DNA from: a virus
Virus record (IMG/VR): IMGVR_UViG_3300025035_000013
Coordinates: 88,627-129,809 of that record
Strand: one strand, 5' to 3'
DNA: 41,183 nt
Shown in pieces: positions 16,561-25,934 of the stretch; position 1 is the first letter of the stretch; each line of letters opens with the position of its first letter. A model generated the notes under the pieces. The model did no database searches, was not told the origin of the DNA, and worked only from the letters and a program-made list of their open reading frames with translations. The position numbers were made by a program, and so were the translations under genes.

Positions 16561-18275
16561 TGCTTCCGGTAATTCTGTGGGTCATACTCTGGATATTGTT
16601 CACCTTGTTGTGATTGACCTGTATCCTGTGCAGGAGCATTTGCATCTTCAGCACCAGCATCAGCATCTGGTTGTTGAGCAGCTTGTTGTTGCATCATTTC
16701 AGCTTGTTGGTCTTGCTGAAATTGCCCTTGAATCTTCCAATTAGGTTGTGCGCTTATATCAGATTTTTCTTTTTTCATTCTGATAGATTCTGTTTTAATT
16801 TCATCCTCAGCCATCATAAGGACATTCCGTTGAATCCATTCTTTTGATACATATTTTTGTAAATAATCATCAAGTTGTTGTACCATGGCAAAACGACTTG
16901 TCATCACTTCTTGATTTTTTAATTCAGTAAAGAAATTATCCTTTTGAAAATCAAGTTTGATATATTGCTTTAAATCCTCCCATTCTTCAATATTGCACAC
17001 CTGTGTAAGAGTCAGCTGTGTCTTTAGAGAATCTAACAATAATTGACCGAATCTATTACGAAGCCTATCAATAAATTTTTGAAACTTTACTTCATCCCTT
17101 GATATGGACTGAGATTGCCCTATACTAAACCCAGTATCTTCTTTTAATCTGCTCTTGGGTATATTCAGTGCTTCATACATCTTTTCTTTAAACCACTCGA
17201 GCGAATCAAGATAACCAGTAACATTCTGAGCACCTTGGAGTGTAGTAATTTCTGTTCCTTTACCACCGTCCCTGCGTGGCATCCAAAAATCTTCTAACAT
17301 TGACATATATTTCTTGTCGTTTTTTATGTCACCTGTCTTAGCATCATATACCATTTTATTGCGATAACGATTAGCAATATCTTTCAAATATTGTTCTGCT
17401 TTATGTTTTGGTAGATTACCGACATCGACATAGAATACTCTACGTTCTGGTGCACGAGCTATAAAATAAACAACAGTTGCATCTTCCAACATTCTAAGTT
17501 GATTGATTGGCCTGATTGCCTTATTGAGATGCCCAAGAATCATGCCGGTATTTTGGTCAATTAGACCACTTGTAATATATATTATTGCATCAGGACTAAT
17601 TTGTAAATTGCTTATTGTATTTGAACCTGTTCCTTGTGTATTCTTCCCAACACCGAATCCATTTTCGTTGTATAGATAATATTCTTCCACCTTATCTACT
17701 ATGATAGCATTTTGAGAATTAGTCTTTGTAGTGACATCTCTCATTTTTTTAATATTTTGAGAGTCTAATAATACTAATTTTTGAATACCATTTTTTATAT
17801 TGTTCTTATCAACTATAATTTGGAATGGAAGTCTACCATCAACATAAAATCTCCTAAAATATTCTGCTCCCTTATCTTCATAGTCCAATAATTTTAAGAT
17901 TATATCAAATGAATCCTTTATCTTATTTTTTACATTATCTGAAACAATATCATCTAAACCATCGAGGTTTAATTTAATTAATTTAGTATCTTGTTCTTGT
18001 GGTATAGCTTCATTAATGATTTCTTGAATTGCAATATCAACTTCAGCAAATTGAGATATTTCTCTATATTTACGAATAGCTTCTACTTCTGTTTTTATTT
18101 GCCCATCAGTATCAAGATACGTACCAAAGGCACCAGCACTCGATAACATAGAGGAAGTAATACCACTTCCATCTGTATCTAATTCAGTTGACAGCGCACC
18201 TGATAACGATTTATCAGGCATTTTACTCTTTATTTTTAAACCAAAAAGATTAAGTAACTCTTCCGAAATTTGCAT
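16557..18275 (-). CDS. gp20: portal protein
   Basis: RRFYVDGR, NQLRMLEDA.V.Y...RAPERRVFYVDVGNLPK.KAEQY, MLEDFW.PRR.GGKGTEITTL. Confidence 0.97.
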   Translation of the reverse strand: MQISEELLNLFGLKIKSKMPDKSLSGALSTELDTDGSGITSSMLSSAGAFGTYLDTDGQIKTEVEAIRKYREISQFAEVDIAIQEIINEAIPQEQDTKLIKLNLDGLDDIVSDNVKNKIKDSFDIILKLLDYEDKGAEYFRRFYVDGRLPFQIIVDKNNIKNGIQKLVLLDSQNIKKMRDVTTKTNSQNAIIVDKVEEYYLYNENGFGVGKNTQGTGSNTISNLQISPDAIIYITSGLIDQNTGMILGHLNKAIRPINQLRMLEDATVVYFIARAPERRVFYVDVGNLPKHKAEQYLKDIANRYRNKMVYDAKTGDIKNDKKYMSMLEDFWMPRRDGGKGTEITTLQGAQNVTGYLDSLEWFKEKMYEALNIPKSRLKEDTGFSIGQSQSISRDEVKFQKFIDRLRNRFGQLLLDSLKTQLTLTQVCNIEEWEDLKQYIKLDFQKDNFFTELKNQEVMTSRFAMVQQLDDYLQKYVSKEWIQRNVLMMAEDEIKTESIRMKKEKSDISAQPNWKIQGQFQQDQQAEMMQQQAAQQPDADAGAEDANAPAQDTGQSQQGEQYPEYDPQNYRKQ

Positions 18276-18289
18276 TTATAGATTTAAAA

Positions 18290-18856
18290 TTAAATTGAAC
18301 CAAGTGGAGTAGAAAGATGAACCTGAAGGCCTTTATAAGCTTCACTCTCAAACCAACTATAGGCGAATTCTACCTGAAATTCTTCTACCCTATCATTGTG
18401 GTCGAATCCAAGACCAATTGGTGAAATTACTGTCGGCCAAGCATCTTGAAATGTGTATTTCTTTAATGTAACACCATTTCTATCCAATTGTTCTACATTC
18501 ATGTTAGTGGTATATAACAATGGATTAACCATACCAGAGTTTTCCTGCTTGTTGTTTATTTGTTGCATCCACGATTCAAATGCATTATGAATATCAAAAT
18601 CATTATCATTCAGTATTGACACTGTCCAATTTTGGAATATTCTTTCTCCAGCAAGTTTTACTTCGCGGCCGCGATACATCACAGTTGCTACATTGATGTT
18701 TTGCCCGGGTAAACTTGCGGCGGTGCATAAAAATTGTGCTTTGTTTGCCGCGGTAGATGCCCCAGTTACAAATGCAGGGAAGTTAAGTGTAACTCGGAAT
18801 TGATTTGCTCTAGCTCCACCCCCAAGTAAAGCTGCTTTAAAATTTAGTATGCTAAT
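18290..18856 (-). CDS. gp19: tail tube protein, probably initiating at ATT
   Basis: FKAALLGGGARANQF lies upstream of the track start; AAGGAG 7 nt before ATT at 18856; YRGREVKLAGER, W.V...ND.DF. Confidence 0.9.
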   Translation of the reverse strand: MSILNFKAALLGGGARANQFRVTLNFPAFVTGASTAANKAQFLCTAASLPGQNINVATVMYRGREVKLAGERIFQNWTVSILNDNDFDIHNAFESWMQQINNKQENSGMVNPLLYTTNMNVEQLDRNGVTLKKYTFQDAWPTVISPIGLGFDHNDRVEEFQVEFAYSWFESEAYKGLQVHLSTPLGSI

Positions 18857-18895
18857 TTTATTTCTCCTTAAGAATGATTGTGTTTTGATGAATAA

Positions 18896-20692
18896 TTATG
18901 CACCAACTACAGTTGAAAATGACACATCAGTGCGAGTTGCGACAAAAGTCAGTGTAATGAAGCTTATGCTTCTCGCAGGTTTGATGTAAATTTCGGCCAA
19001 GAATTCATTTCTATCAATAACATCCCCCGTGTTGTTACTAGCATCGCAGCGAACAATAAAGTCAGTAATACCACGTTTTCCTTTGATAGTCTTTAAGAAA
19101 GGTTCTACCATATTTTTAAATTGCGCTCTAGTAAAATTATCGTTAAATTCAAATAACATATATTTAGATGCTTTTGAAATTGCTTTTTCAAGCAAAATGA
19201 ATAATCTTCGTACATTAATCCTATCAAATGCAGATGGTTTATTTGTCATAGTTCTATCTCCGAGAAGTGTAACCCCGGAATTAGCATCTACTATTACCGG
19301 ATTAATTCCCTTAGGATATAGAACATCTCGGTCAGATTGGTTTGGGTTATACGACAATTTGATTGCATTCTTCACCCCACCACGATTAAATCCACCAAAA
19401 GACCACCACGGGTCATTTGTAGAATCTGTTCTAGCTGCTAATCCTGCCATATCACCGTTAAGTGGAACCCAGCGATATTTCTTTGAATATCTATCGAAGA
19501 TATATTTCATGCCAGTATCCATAAATCCGTATGATGCAATAGAATCAGAAACACCGACCGCAGACTTGAATGCGATTATATTAGTTATTGCAGCTGCTGC
19601 GTCTCTAATAGGAGCACCTGCTTGATGTGGTGATATAAACCCTACACAATCTTTTCTAACATCTACGATATTTTCTAGGATGTATTTTTCAATTGTACCC
19701 GACACACCAACCGAGAATGCAGCACTCATGATTAGGTCGATAGAATACAAATCTTTGTTTACAAGTTTGTCATATGCAGACTTAATTTCTGCTTCAGTAG
19801 CTGATGTACCGTCTACTCCACCTGATAGAGTTTGCAAAAAGAAATTAGGTGAAGCAATTATATTGATTTGTGCAAATGTGTTACCTGCCAATGCTGCATC
19901 ATACGATGTAGCACCCATCGGAACAATAGAGGCACCTGAGGTGGCAACAGGATGATTAGTCCACCATACATATTTAGAAGATTCATTCAAGACATTAACG
20001 TAATATGTAGTTAACCCTTGATAATTAATTGCATCAGATGCTTTGGATGTTCCTTCGTATTTCTCGAGCACGGTATAAGGTACACCAGATATTGCACCTG
20101 TTATATCTAACACAAGAATATGCATTTCATCATTTTTTTCACTTCCGTCAGAAGCTTTACCACTGACATACGCAGATGTACTTGGTGCACTATTAAAATA
20201 TGATGCTAGTGACACACCATTAGGGAATAATGCCAAATTGGTATCACACCAAGCATCGAATGCTGCCCATGTACCAGCATCTACCATTATCATACCAATA
20301 CCGTTTCCTACATTACCTGGATTCTTTGCTATAAATTCGCCTGCTGTAGTTCTATCAGCCGAAGAAATTGTTTCATATTCATCCCGATTGACGATGCTTA
20401 CTGCGCCCCCAGTAGAATCTGCATTTGTAACACCAGTATTTCTAGTTCTAACAACATAACATGAATTTGTATATTTCAAAAATTCTGAACATGTGTGCCA
20501 TTCATTTGCGTTGGTATCATTTGGTTCACCAAAAACTGAAACTAATTCATCCTCATCTGATATAAGAATAGGAGTTTCTATCGGTCCCTTGAGAAATCTG
20601 CCTGCGATACCACCTACTGAACTAGATACCGACGGGATTATCTGTGAAAAGTCCTTTTCTTTAATTTCAATGCCTGCTGATAGCAAAGTCAT
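18896..20692 (-). CDS. gp18: tail sheath protein
   Basis: SAGIEIKEKD, PLNGD.AGL.ARTD, AFDRINVRRLF, KPARSI.FI.L.FVATRT. Confidence 0.97.
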   Translation of the reverse strand: MTLLSAGIEIKEKDFSQIIPSVSSSVGGIAGRFLKGPIETPILISDEDELVSVFGEPNDTNANEWHTCSEFLKYTNSCYVVRTRNTGVTNADSTGGAVSIVNRDEYETISSADRTTAGEFIAKNPGNVGNGIGMIMVDAGTWAAFDAWCDTNLALFPNGVSLASYFNSAPSTSAYVSGKASDGSEKNDEMHILVLDITGAISGVPYTVLEKYEGTSKASDAINYQGLTTYYVNVLNESSKYVWWTNHPVATSGASIVPMGATSYDAALAGNTFAQINIIASPNFFLQTLSGGVDGTSATEAEIKSAYDKLVNKDLYSIDLIMSAAFSVGVSGTIEKYILENIVDVRKDCVGFISPHQAGAPIRDAAAAITNIIAFKSAVGVSDSIASYGFMDTGMKYIFDRYSKKYRWVPLNGDMAGLAARTDSTNDPWWSFGGFNRGGVKNAIKLSYNPNQSDRDVLYPKGINPVIVDANSGVTLLGDRTMTNKPSAFDRINVRRLFILLEKAISKASKYMLFEFNDNFTRAQFKNMVEPFLKTIKGKRGITDFIVRCDASNNTGDVIDRNEFLAEIYIKPARSISFITLTFVATRTDVSFSTVVGA

Positions 20693-20729
20693 ATACTGCT
20701 CCTTTAAATTTGTATTTCAGATGATTCTT

Positions 20730-20993
20730 CTATTTATTGATTTTTATTTTCTGCCCCTGTTTGATACTTATATCGTTTAACAGTAATTCTAGTTGCATAG
20801 CATATGATTTTAGGTCAATTAAATCATTTTCTATATTTTTGCCTATTACATCATAAGAGGTACCACCCACACTAGACAAGACAGGCCGCACTGGCATCTG
20901 TATTTCTATTGGTGTATATACTGGAACATATACGTATTCAATTGATTTACATCCCCCCAGCGATAATAAAAATAATAATATTAATGTTTTCAT
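20730..20993 (-). CDS. putative o-spanin (outer-membrane lipoprotein)
   Basis: Signal peptide with lipobox LGGC, Pro-rich segment, coupled to an upstream TM/coiled-coil gene. Confidence 0.65.
   Translation of the reverse strand: MKTLILLFLLSLGGCKSIEYVYVPVYTPIEIQMPVRPVLSSVGGTSYDVIGKNIENDLIDLKSYAMQLELLLNDISIKQGQKIKINK
20731..20737 (-). promoter_or_regulatory. late promoter (ATAAATA) for gp18
   Basis: Motif and position. Confidence 0.65.
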
Positions 20994-21334
20994 TTATTGT
21001 TGAACTCCGATGCTACTTGTTTTGCTGTAGATGTTAAATATGAAAAAGCATCTTCGCAATTATTGACAGGAGGTCTATTTGTTATTTTATTCTTGAGCTT
21101 ATTATTTTCATTACTCAATTTTACATTTTTCAGAGAAGTTTCATTTATTTTCTGTTGGAGTGAATTTCGCTCATTTGTAGCTTCTGTTATTGCAACGTTT
21201 TGAGTTGAAATTGCGACAGATAATTTTAATATCTCTGTTTTTTGTGATTCTATTGTTGTTACTAGACTAGCCCAATAAAAAATGAGTCCTACAACAATAA
21301 CAAAAAGTATAATCAAACGTTTATCAAATAACAT
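20990..21334 (-). CDS. putative i-spanin
   Basis: N-terminal TM helix, then a coiled coil with a C-terminal Cys. Confidence 0.6.
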   Translation of the reverse strand: MLFDKRLIILFVIVVGLIFYWASLVTTIESQKTEILKLSVAISTQNVAITEATNERNSLQQKINETSLKNVKLSNENNKLKNKITNRPPVNNCEDAFSYLTSTAKQVASEFNNK

Positions 21335-21509
21335 TTTTGTCCTTTAATTTTTTTAATCTTTTTTTCAGACTTTTGATTGTGTTTTTCTTAGGTGGTTCAC
21401 CGAAAGTGTCAGTAGTAGGTTCACCCAATTGATTTACTCCAATTGCTGCTATGCCACCTGCACCAACCGAGGTCATATCTTCCCCAATATGTCCATCATC
21501 TCGTTGCAT
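21324..21509 (-). CDS. small conserved T4-like protein (alternative start at 21476)
   Basis: SVG.GGIA.IG...GEPP motif with a basic tail. Confidence 0.5.
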   Translation of the reverse strand: MQRDDGHIGEDMTSVGAGGIAAIGVNQLGEPTTDTFGEPPKKNTIKSLKKRLKKLKDKNVI

Positions 21510-21838
21510 ATAATTATATCCTTTGTCTTTATATTGGCATTTTGTATGTAATCCGGCATTCTGTTCAAATACACAAGGACAGTTTTTAATTTATACCAAT
21601 CATCTTTTTTTACTTTAAAAAACATCATTTCGATACAAATGTCAGGTGAAAATAAATTAAGCAAAATTAATATTTGATTTAAAAGCAAATGAGTCTCGAT
21701 AGGACCCATATTTCTTGACGTTAATCTTACTAAATTAGTAAATTTTGATATATCACTTTCGAATTCAATTATTGTTTTGCATGAAGGATTATCATACGCC
21801 CTCATTGCCATAATTATGAAATTATCCTTCGTTATCAT
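21473..21838 (-). CDS. conserved T4-like hypothetical protein
   Basis: NF...A...YDNP.C....EF..D, L.LN...L.NLF, LKT.L.YL.RMP pattern recalled from T4-like phages. Confidence 0.75.
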   Translation of the reverse strand: MITKDNFIIMAMRAYDNPSCKTIIEFESDISKFTNLVRLTSRNMGPIETHLLLNQILILLNLFSPDICIEMMFFKVKKDDWYKLKTVLVYLNRMPDYIQNANIKTKDIIICNEMMDILGKI

Positions 21839-21841
21839 CTA

Positions 21842-22498
21842 CTAAATCGTACTCAATACTGGATTATTCCCGCCGATTAAATACCATTTGCTTGTATATG
21901 CTGAATACTGAATTACCGCAGTATCGCCAACCGCATTTAATGTTATGGTATTAAATCCTTCGCCTATAATAGATATGGATACTGTCTTGCCGAGGTCTAA
22001 TGTATTTACAACAATACTTTTTACCTGACCGTCATAACCGGAAGATAGGGAGTATAATCCATAAACACCACTATCATTTTTGAGTATAGTATTAGCTCTA
22101 GTAGGCGATATTGCTTTTGTAACCCCATTTGTACTATCGGTCGCCGTATATATGATGACTTCAGTCGACTGGACTAATACACCATCGCTAGAAGATGAAC
22201 CAACTTGAAGGTTGCCTATTACATGTAATTTAGAGGAAGGTAGATTTGTGCCTATTCCAATCTTATCCGTGACACCATTTACAAAAAGGGCATTAGCATC
22301 ATTCTTCGATGAAATGCTAGTGTTTATCGATAATTGAATTGGATTTAATCTTATATTATCATTTGTATTAAAATTTTTGAGTAAATTTGATATTGTTGTA
22401 GTTTTATTGACTCCATTTTGTAATAGCATCAAGGTATCAGTGGCCGTTATTGTCTTGGCCACTGACATCATACTCATTTTTATTTTTGGTTGTGCCAT
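21842..22498 (-). CDS. putative virion structural protein
   Basis: IGIGT..P..KLHV.G fibre-type repeat; C-terminal beta domain similar to the next gene. Confidence 0.65.
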   Translation of the reverse strand: MAQPKIKMSMMSVAKTITATDTLMLLQNGVNKTTTISNLLKNFNTNDNIRLNPIQLSINTSISSKNDANALFVNGVTDKIGIGTNLPSSKLHVIGNLQVGSSSSDGVLVQSTEVIIYTATDSTNGVTKAISPTRANTILKNDSGVYGLYSLSSGYDGQVKSIVVNTLDLGKTVSISIIGEGFNTITLNAVGDTAVIQYSAYTSKWYLIGGNNPVLSTI

Positions 22499-22510
22499 TG
22501 GGTACCTTGA

Positions 22511-22945
22511 TTAAGCAATAACAGCGCCGTTTGAACTCATTACATACCAGCTATCATTTATATTTTTCAACTTGACGCTTTGTCCAACGACAGAAAAGGT
22601 TATCGTGTTCACTCCCAATCCGCCAGTAACAGTTACCACGGCACTAGGAGTTGTAACCTCTGCGGATTCACACACGATTTCTTTTTCCATACCATGTGTG
22701 CCCGCCGCTAGTGTATATGCCGCACTGGCAGTTGTGCTATGAACCCTAGAAGAAAGGATATTCGTGGCAATTGCGCCAGATACAAGTGATTCAGACAATT
22801 CTTTAACGATTAATCTACTCGGTAGATTTAAGGAGATTGTTTCGATGTCTGCTTTTAACGATGCCCCTCCCTGAACAAGCATCAGCAAATCTGTAAGATT
22901 TAAAGTGCTTGCAGGAGTTAATTGACTAACTTTTGTGTCTGCCAT
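22511..22945 (-). CDS. putative virion structural protein
   Basis: MADTKVSQL...DL.MLVQ.G N-terminal motif; beta-rich and rich in small residues. Confidence 0.65.
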   Translation of the reverse strand: MADTKVSQLTPASTLNLTDLLMLVQGGASLKADIETISLNLPSRLIVKELSESLVSGAIATNILSSRVHSTTASAAYTLAAGTHGMEKEIVCESAEVTTPSAVVTVTGGLGVNTITFSVVGQSVKLKNINDSWYVMSSNGAVIA

Positions 22946-22954
22946 AAATTATCC

Positions 22955-23479
22955 TTAGTTAACTGTCGATGTTGAAGTATCCGGTGCAACAAATGTCACT
23001 GATGCTGCAATAAGCGCACCGCCTTGAATTATATCATAAACAGAACCACCAGCAGTAGATGCTCCGATTGTTACTTGCCCCGCTATTGCAGAATCACCTG
23101 CTACAATGGTATATTCAAACACCAAAGATGTGCTGGTCGATAATGTAGGATTAAATACTAATTCTCTATTATTACCCCCGACAACGAGCGATATTGCTGG
23201 GGTGCCGTCCACCTTTACAGGTTCACTTGCAGTCAACGTTACTGTCAGTACATCTCCTGTCACCATAGTAGATGTACCAGAATATGTAGCGAGCGCGGTG
23301 AATGTAGGTACAGTTATTACATCAGAATTCTTTACGTTTAATGAACTTATTGCTACTAGCACTTCTCCAGTAGGTTGATATTCCCATCCTTTTAATGTAG
23401 GAACAACATTAGCACCATTATATGCATCTTTACCATCCCCAACCCAATTGGGTTTTTTTGTGTATGACCATTGACTCAT
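22955..23479 (-). CDS. putative Ig-like head/virion decoration protein
   Basis: GD...VT...SE.V.V.GTP.I.L, LVF.YT..AGD Ig-like motif; own late promoter (23504-23510) and AAGGAG RBS. Confidence 0.65.
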   Translation of the reverse strand: MSQWSYTKKPNWVGDGKDAYNGANVVPTLKGWEYQPTGEVLVAISSLNVKNSDVITVPTFTALATYSGTSTMVTGDVLTVTLTASEPVKVDGTPAISLVVGGNNRELVFNPTLSTSTSLVFEYTIVAGDSAIAGQVTIGASTAGGSVYDIIQGGALIAASVTFVAPDTSTSTVN

Positions 23480-23502
23480 TTTATTTCTCCTTATCGATAA
23501 TG

Positions 23503-23757
23503 TTATTTATTTGTTTCATTTGCTGGATAGGCTATACCGCCGGGCCAATAAATATGGTGCGGCTTTCCATTTATTGTAGTAACACCAATAGGCTTTGTCA
23601 CCGGCGCACGATATGGTATTACATATCTTTGTCCAGTATCATCTACCGGTCTTTTATCAACATCTGTTGCTGCAAACATCCCCCCTGCGGAGATCAAAGC
23701 AGCTAATGCTGCTGCTCTTGCTGTCTTGCCTTCTTTTAATTCTTTAAGTGTGCTCAT
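23503..23757 (-). CDS. small putative internal head protein (LKE|G then a hydrophobic Ala-rich segment)
   Basis: MSTLKELKE|GKTARAAALAALISAGG. Confidence 0.55.
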   Translation of the reverse strand: MSTLKELKEGKTARAAALAALISAGGMFAATDVDKRPVDDTGQRYVIPYRAPVTKPIGVTTINGKPHHIYWPGGIAYPANETNK

Positions 23758-24608
23758 TATTCGTGCGCAATCTTATCATGCCCCATAACAACTACTCTCG
23801 AAAGATTCAATGCTTTCCTTATTCTGCCTGCAATGGTCTTCTGGTGTTCTGGGTTAGACGGGTCTAGCCCCAGCGAATATTTGTCAACTAATGATAATGC
23901 TCGATTGCTTGGCATGTATGACATTTCATAGAGGTCTGTGTTTTCTACTTTGATGCCAGATGTATCAACATCGCTTAACTTGTGTCTAATAGTTGGTTTT
24001 TTGCCCATTAATTTTCTATCGAGTTTGATTCCAAGTAACTGAGCTAGATTCTTGCTCGAATCTCCAGCACTTGATTTATTCAACCCAGTTTTTGCTATAC
24101 CAAGTGCACCAACTGGCCTGCCCCTTTTCTTAGGAGCACCTGATGTATCTTTAGTTGCTTTAACTGGGTTTTCTTCATCATCAGATGGATTATATGATGT
24201 ACCATACGTACCAATATGTCTTCTCCCGACTGGTTTAGTATCAGCAAATGACTTATCTGTTACTTGAGTGTGTTTGCTACTAGACCAAGAATCATCAGTA
24301 TCTACTGGTAATTTTCTTTTATCCTTTAATTTTTTATTTGCATATTCTTCTGCTGCATCTAATTCGGCTTTCAAGTCAAATGATTCGTTGAATTCATCTT
24401 TCTTTAATGTCAGATTGGCCTTTATATTTTTCCCATCCCCAACTTGCACATTGACTCTACCATCCGGATGTCTGTAAAATACTCTCCCTTTCTTGCCATG
24501 AAGAGAATTGCCCGGTTTATTAATAGTAACAATGTCAGATGCTCGTGCAGGAGCAGATTCTTTTAATGAACCGAGTAGTTTTGTTGATAATAGTTGTTTG
24601 AAGTTCAT
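23757..24608 (-). CDS. putative internal head protein with a KOW-like module and an AT-hook
   Basis: Start at MNFKQLL (ATGA overlap); IVTI..PG..LHGKKGRV...GRVNV; PKKRGRP. Confidence 0.65.
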   Translation of the reverse strand: MNFKQLLSTKLLGSLKESAPARASDIVTINKPGNSLHGKKGRVFYRHPDGRVNVQVGDGKNIKANLTLKKDEFNESFDLKAELDAAEEYANKKLKDKRKLPVDTDDSWSSSKHTQVTDKSFADTKPVGRRHIGTYGTSYNPSDDEENPVKATKDTSGAPKKRGRPVGALGIAKTGLNKSSAGDSSKNLAQLLGIKLDRKLMGKKPTIRHKLSDVDTSGIKVENTDLYEMSYMPSNRALSLVDKYSLGLDPSNPEHQKTIAGRIRKALNLSRVVVMGHDKIAHE

Positions 24609-25930
24609 TTTAATAGTCCCATCATTCGTAATTGTGAATTTGAAAATGTATTTTTGTTCCATGGTATACCAGCAGAATCTACTACTTTCATTAATCTGCC
24701 TACTATCTGCCACCCAGGCGGAGTAAGTTGTGCTGTTCTCAATTTGATTATAGCATTATTTATTGTATTTGTAGGGTCGGCATTAGTTGTTGTAATACCA
24801 GCTACCATCGCAACAACTCTAGCTATCATAATCCTGTCAGTAGTTAAGAATTTAATACCTTCTAATATTGAATATTTTAATAATTCTTCTTCTACTGTTG
24901 ATATTACCTTTTCTACTAGATAAGGACACTCAATCTTTTTTGCATATCGTCGAAGACGTTCTATTTGAATTCTAACAGTAGAATATTCCTCTTGAATCGT
25001 GACATCATTGACTCCAAGTATATAATCGAATGCCTTTAAACACGATAATACTGCATATGAATCTTCGTGTGTTTTTGAGATTTCCTTGAAGTCTTCCGCC
25101 AATTGACGATTAAAATTCTTAGTTTTATATCCCTTAAATATTAATGCATCTTTATACAATTGGTCTCTTTTAATACCACTAGTGCTAATAGTTAGGTCTT
25201 CTGTCCACAATCTATGTTCTATACCATCTGATATTATGATAGCATATTTTGGATGAAGTTGAAGTATTTCGCCTTCTATTAAACCATTAGTAACACAATC
25301 TCCAATTTTGAAAGATTCATTTTTGACTGAAAGTCTGTCTTTTATCGTAGTCATCAAATCATCTTTATCTTTATCTGTCAAGTTGGTATGTAATCCAGCA
25401 TAAAATGATTTTTTATCTCCTTTTATTGCTGCATCTCTCATCTTTGACGCTGACATACCCTCTACACCTTCAGCATCAGGGTCTCTTGCACCTGCTGATT
25501 TTACTGTTATTGATTTGAAGTTAAATCCATTTCCGTTTTTGTCAAATTTTCCGTTATAAAAATTCAATTTGTCTTGAAATTCTGCTACTCTATCTTCACC
25601 AGCAACTACAACTAAATGTTTTACACCTTCTCTGTGCATCCTCGCAGCAGCATGAAATATAGTAGGTTCTTCCTTAGTTGATTTTCGAAAGACTTGTTTA
25701 TGATTTGGATACATTTTATGAAGTATATCGAGCTTTTCATCTGCTGAAAGTGGATTCTTTTTGTTATCCTGAGAATGAGAAACGTATATACGTTTCTTCC
25801 CAGGTTCTTTCAGCGCAGCATCTATCATTTTAGCATGTCCAAAAGTTGGTGGCTGCGCCCTACCATAGGCTAGAACCTCTGTTTTTTCTGCTTCTTCTGC
25901 TTCTTCGAATAATTGTTTTATTTGAATCAT
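24605..25930 (-). CDS. cytidylyltransferase-family (HxGH-type) nucleotidyltransferase with an extra C-terminal domain
   Basis: YGRAQPPTFGH, KNPLS, V.G.DR, SAG.RDPDA.GV.GMSASKMR. Confidence 0.85.
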   Translation of the reverse strand: MIQIKQLFEEAEEAEKTEVLAYGRAQPPTFGHAKMIDAALKEPGKKRIYVSHSQDNKKNPLSADEKLDILHKMYPNHKQVFRKSTKEEPTIFHAAARMHREGVKHLVVVAGEDRVAEFQDKLNFYNGKFDKNGNGFNFKSITVKSAGARDPDAEGVEGMSASKMRDAAIKGDKKSFYAGLHTNLTDKDKDDLMTTIKDRLSVKNESFKIGDCVTNGLIEGEILQLHPKYAIIISDGIEHRLWTEDLTISTSGIKRDQLYKDALIFKGYKTKNFNRQLAEDFKEISKTHEDSYAVLSCLKAFDYILGVNDVTIQEEYSTVRIQIERLRRYAKKIECPYLVEKVISTVEEELLKYSILEGIKFLTTDRIMIARVVAMVAGITTTNADPTNTINNAIIKLRTAQLTPPGWQIVGRLMKVVDSAGIPWNKNTFSNSQLRMMGLLK

Positions 25931-25934
25931 TTAT

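Noticed and set aside
24609-24713. N-terminal extension MADSRQ... of the 318-aa ORF
   Set aside because: It overlaps the upstream gene by >100 nt; the ATGA-coupled start at 24608 is more plausible
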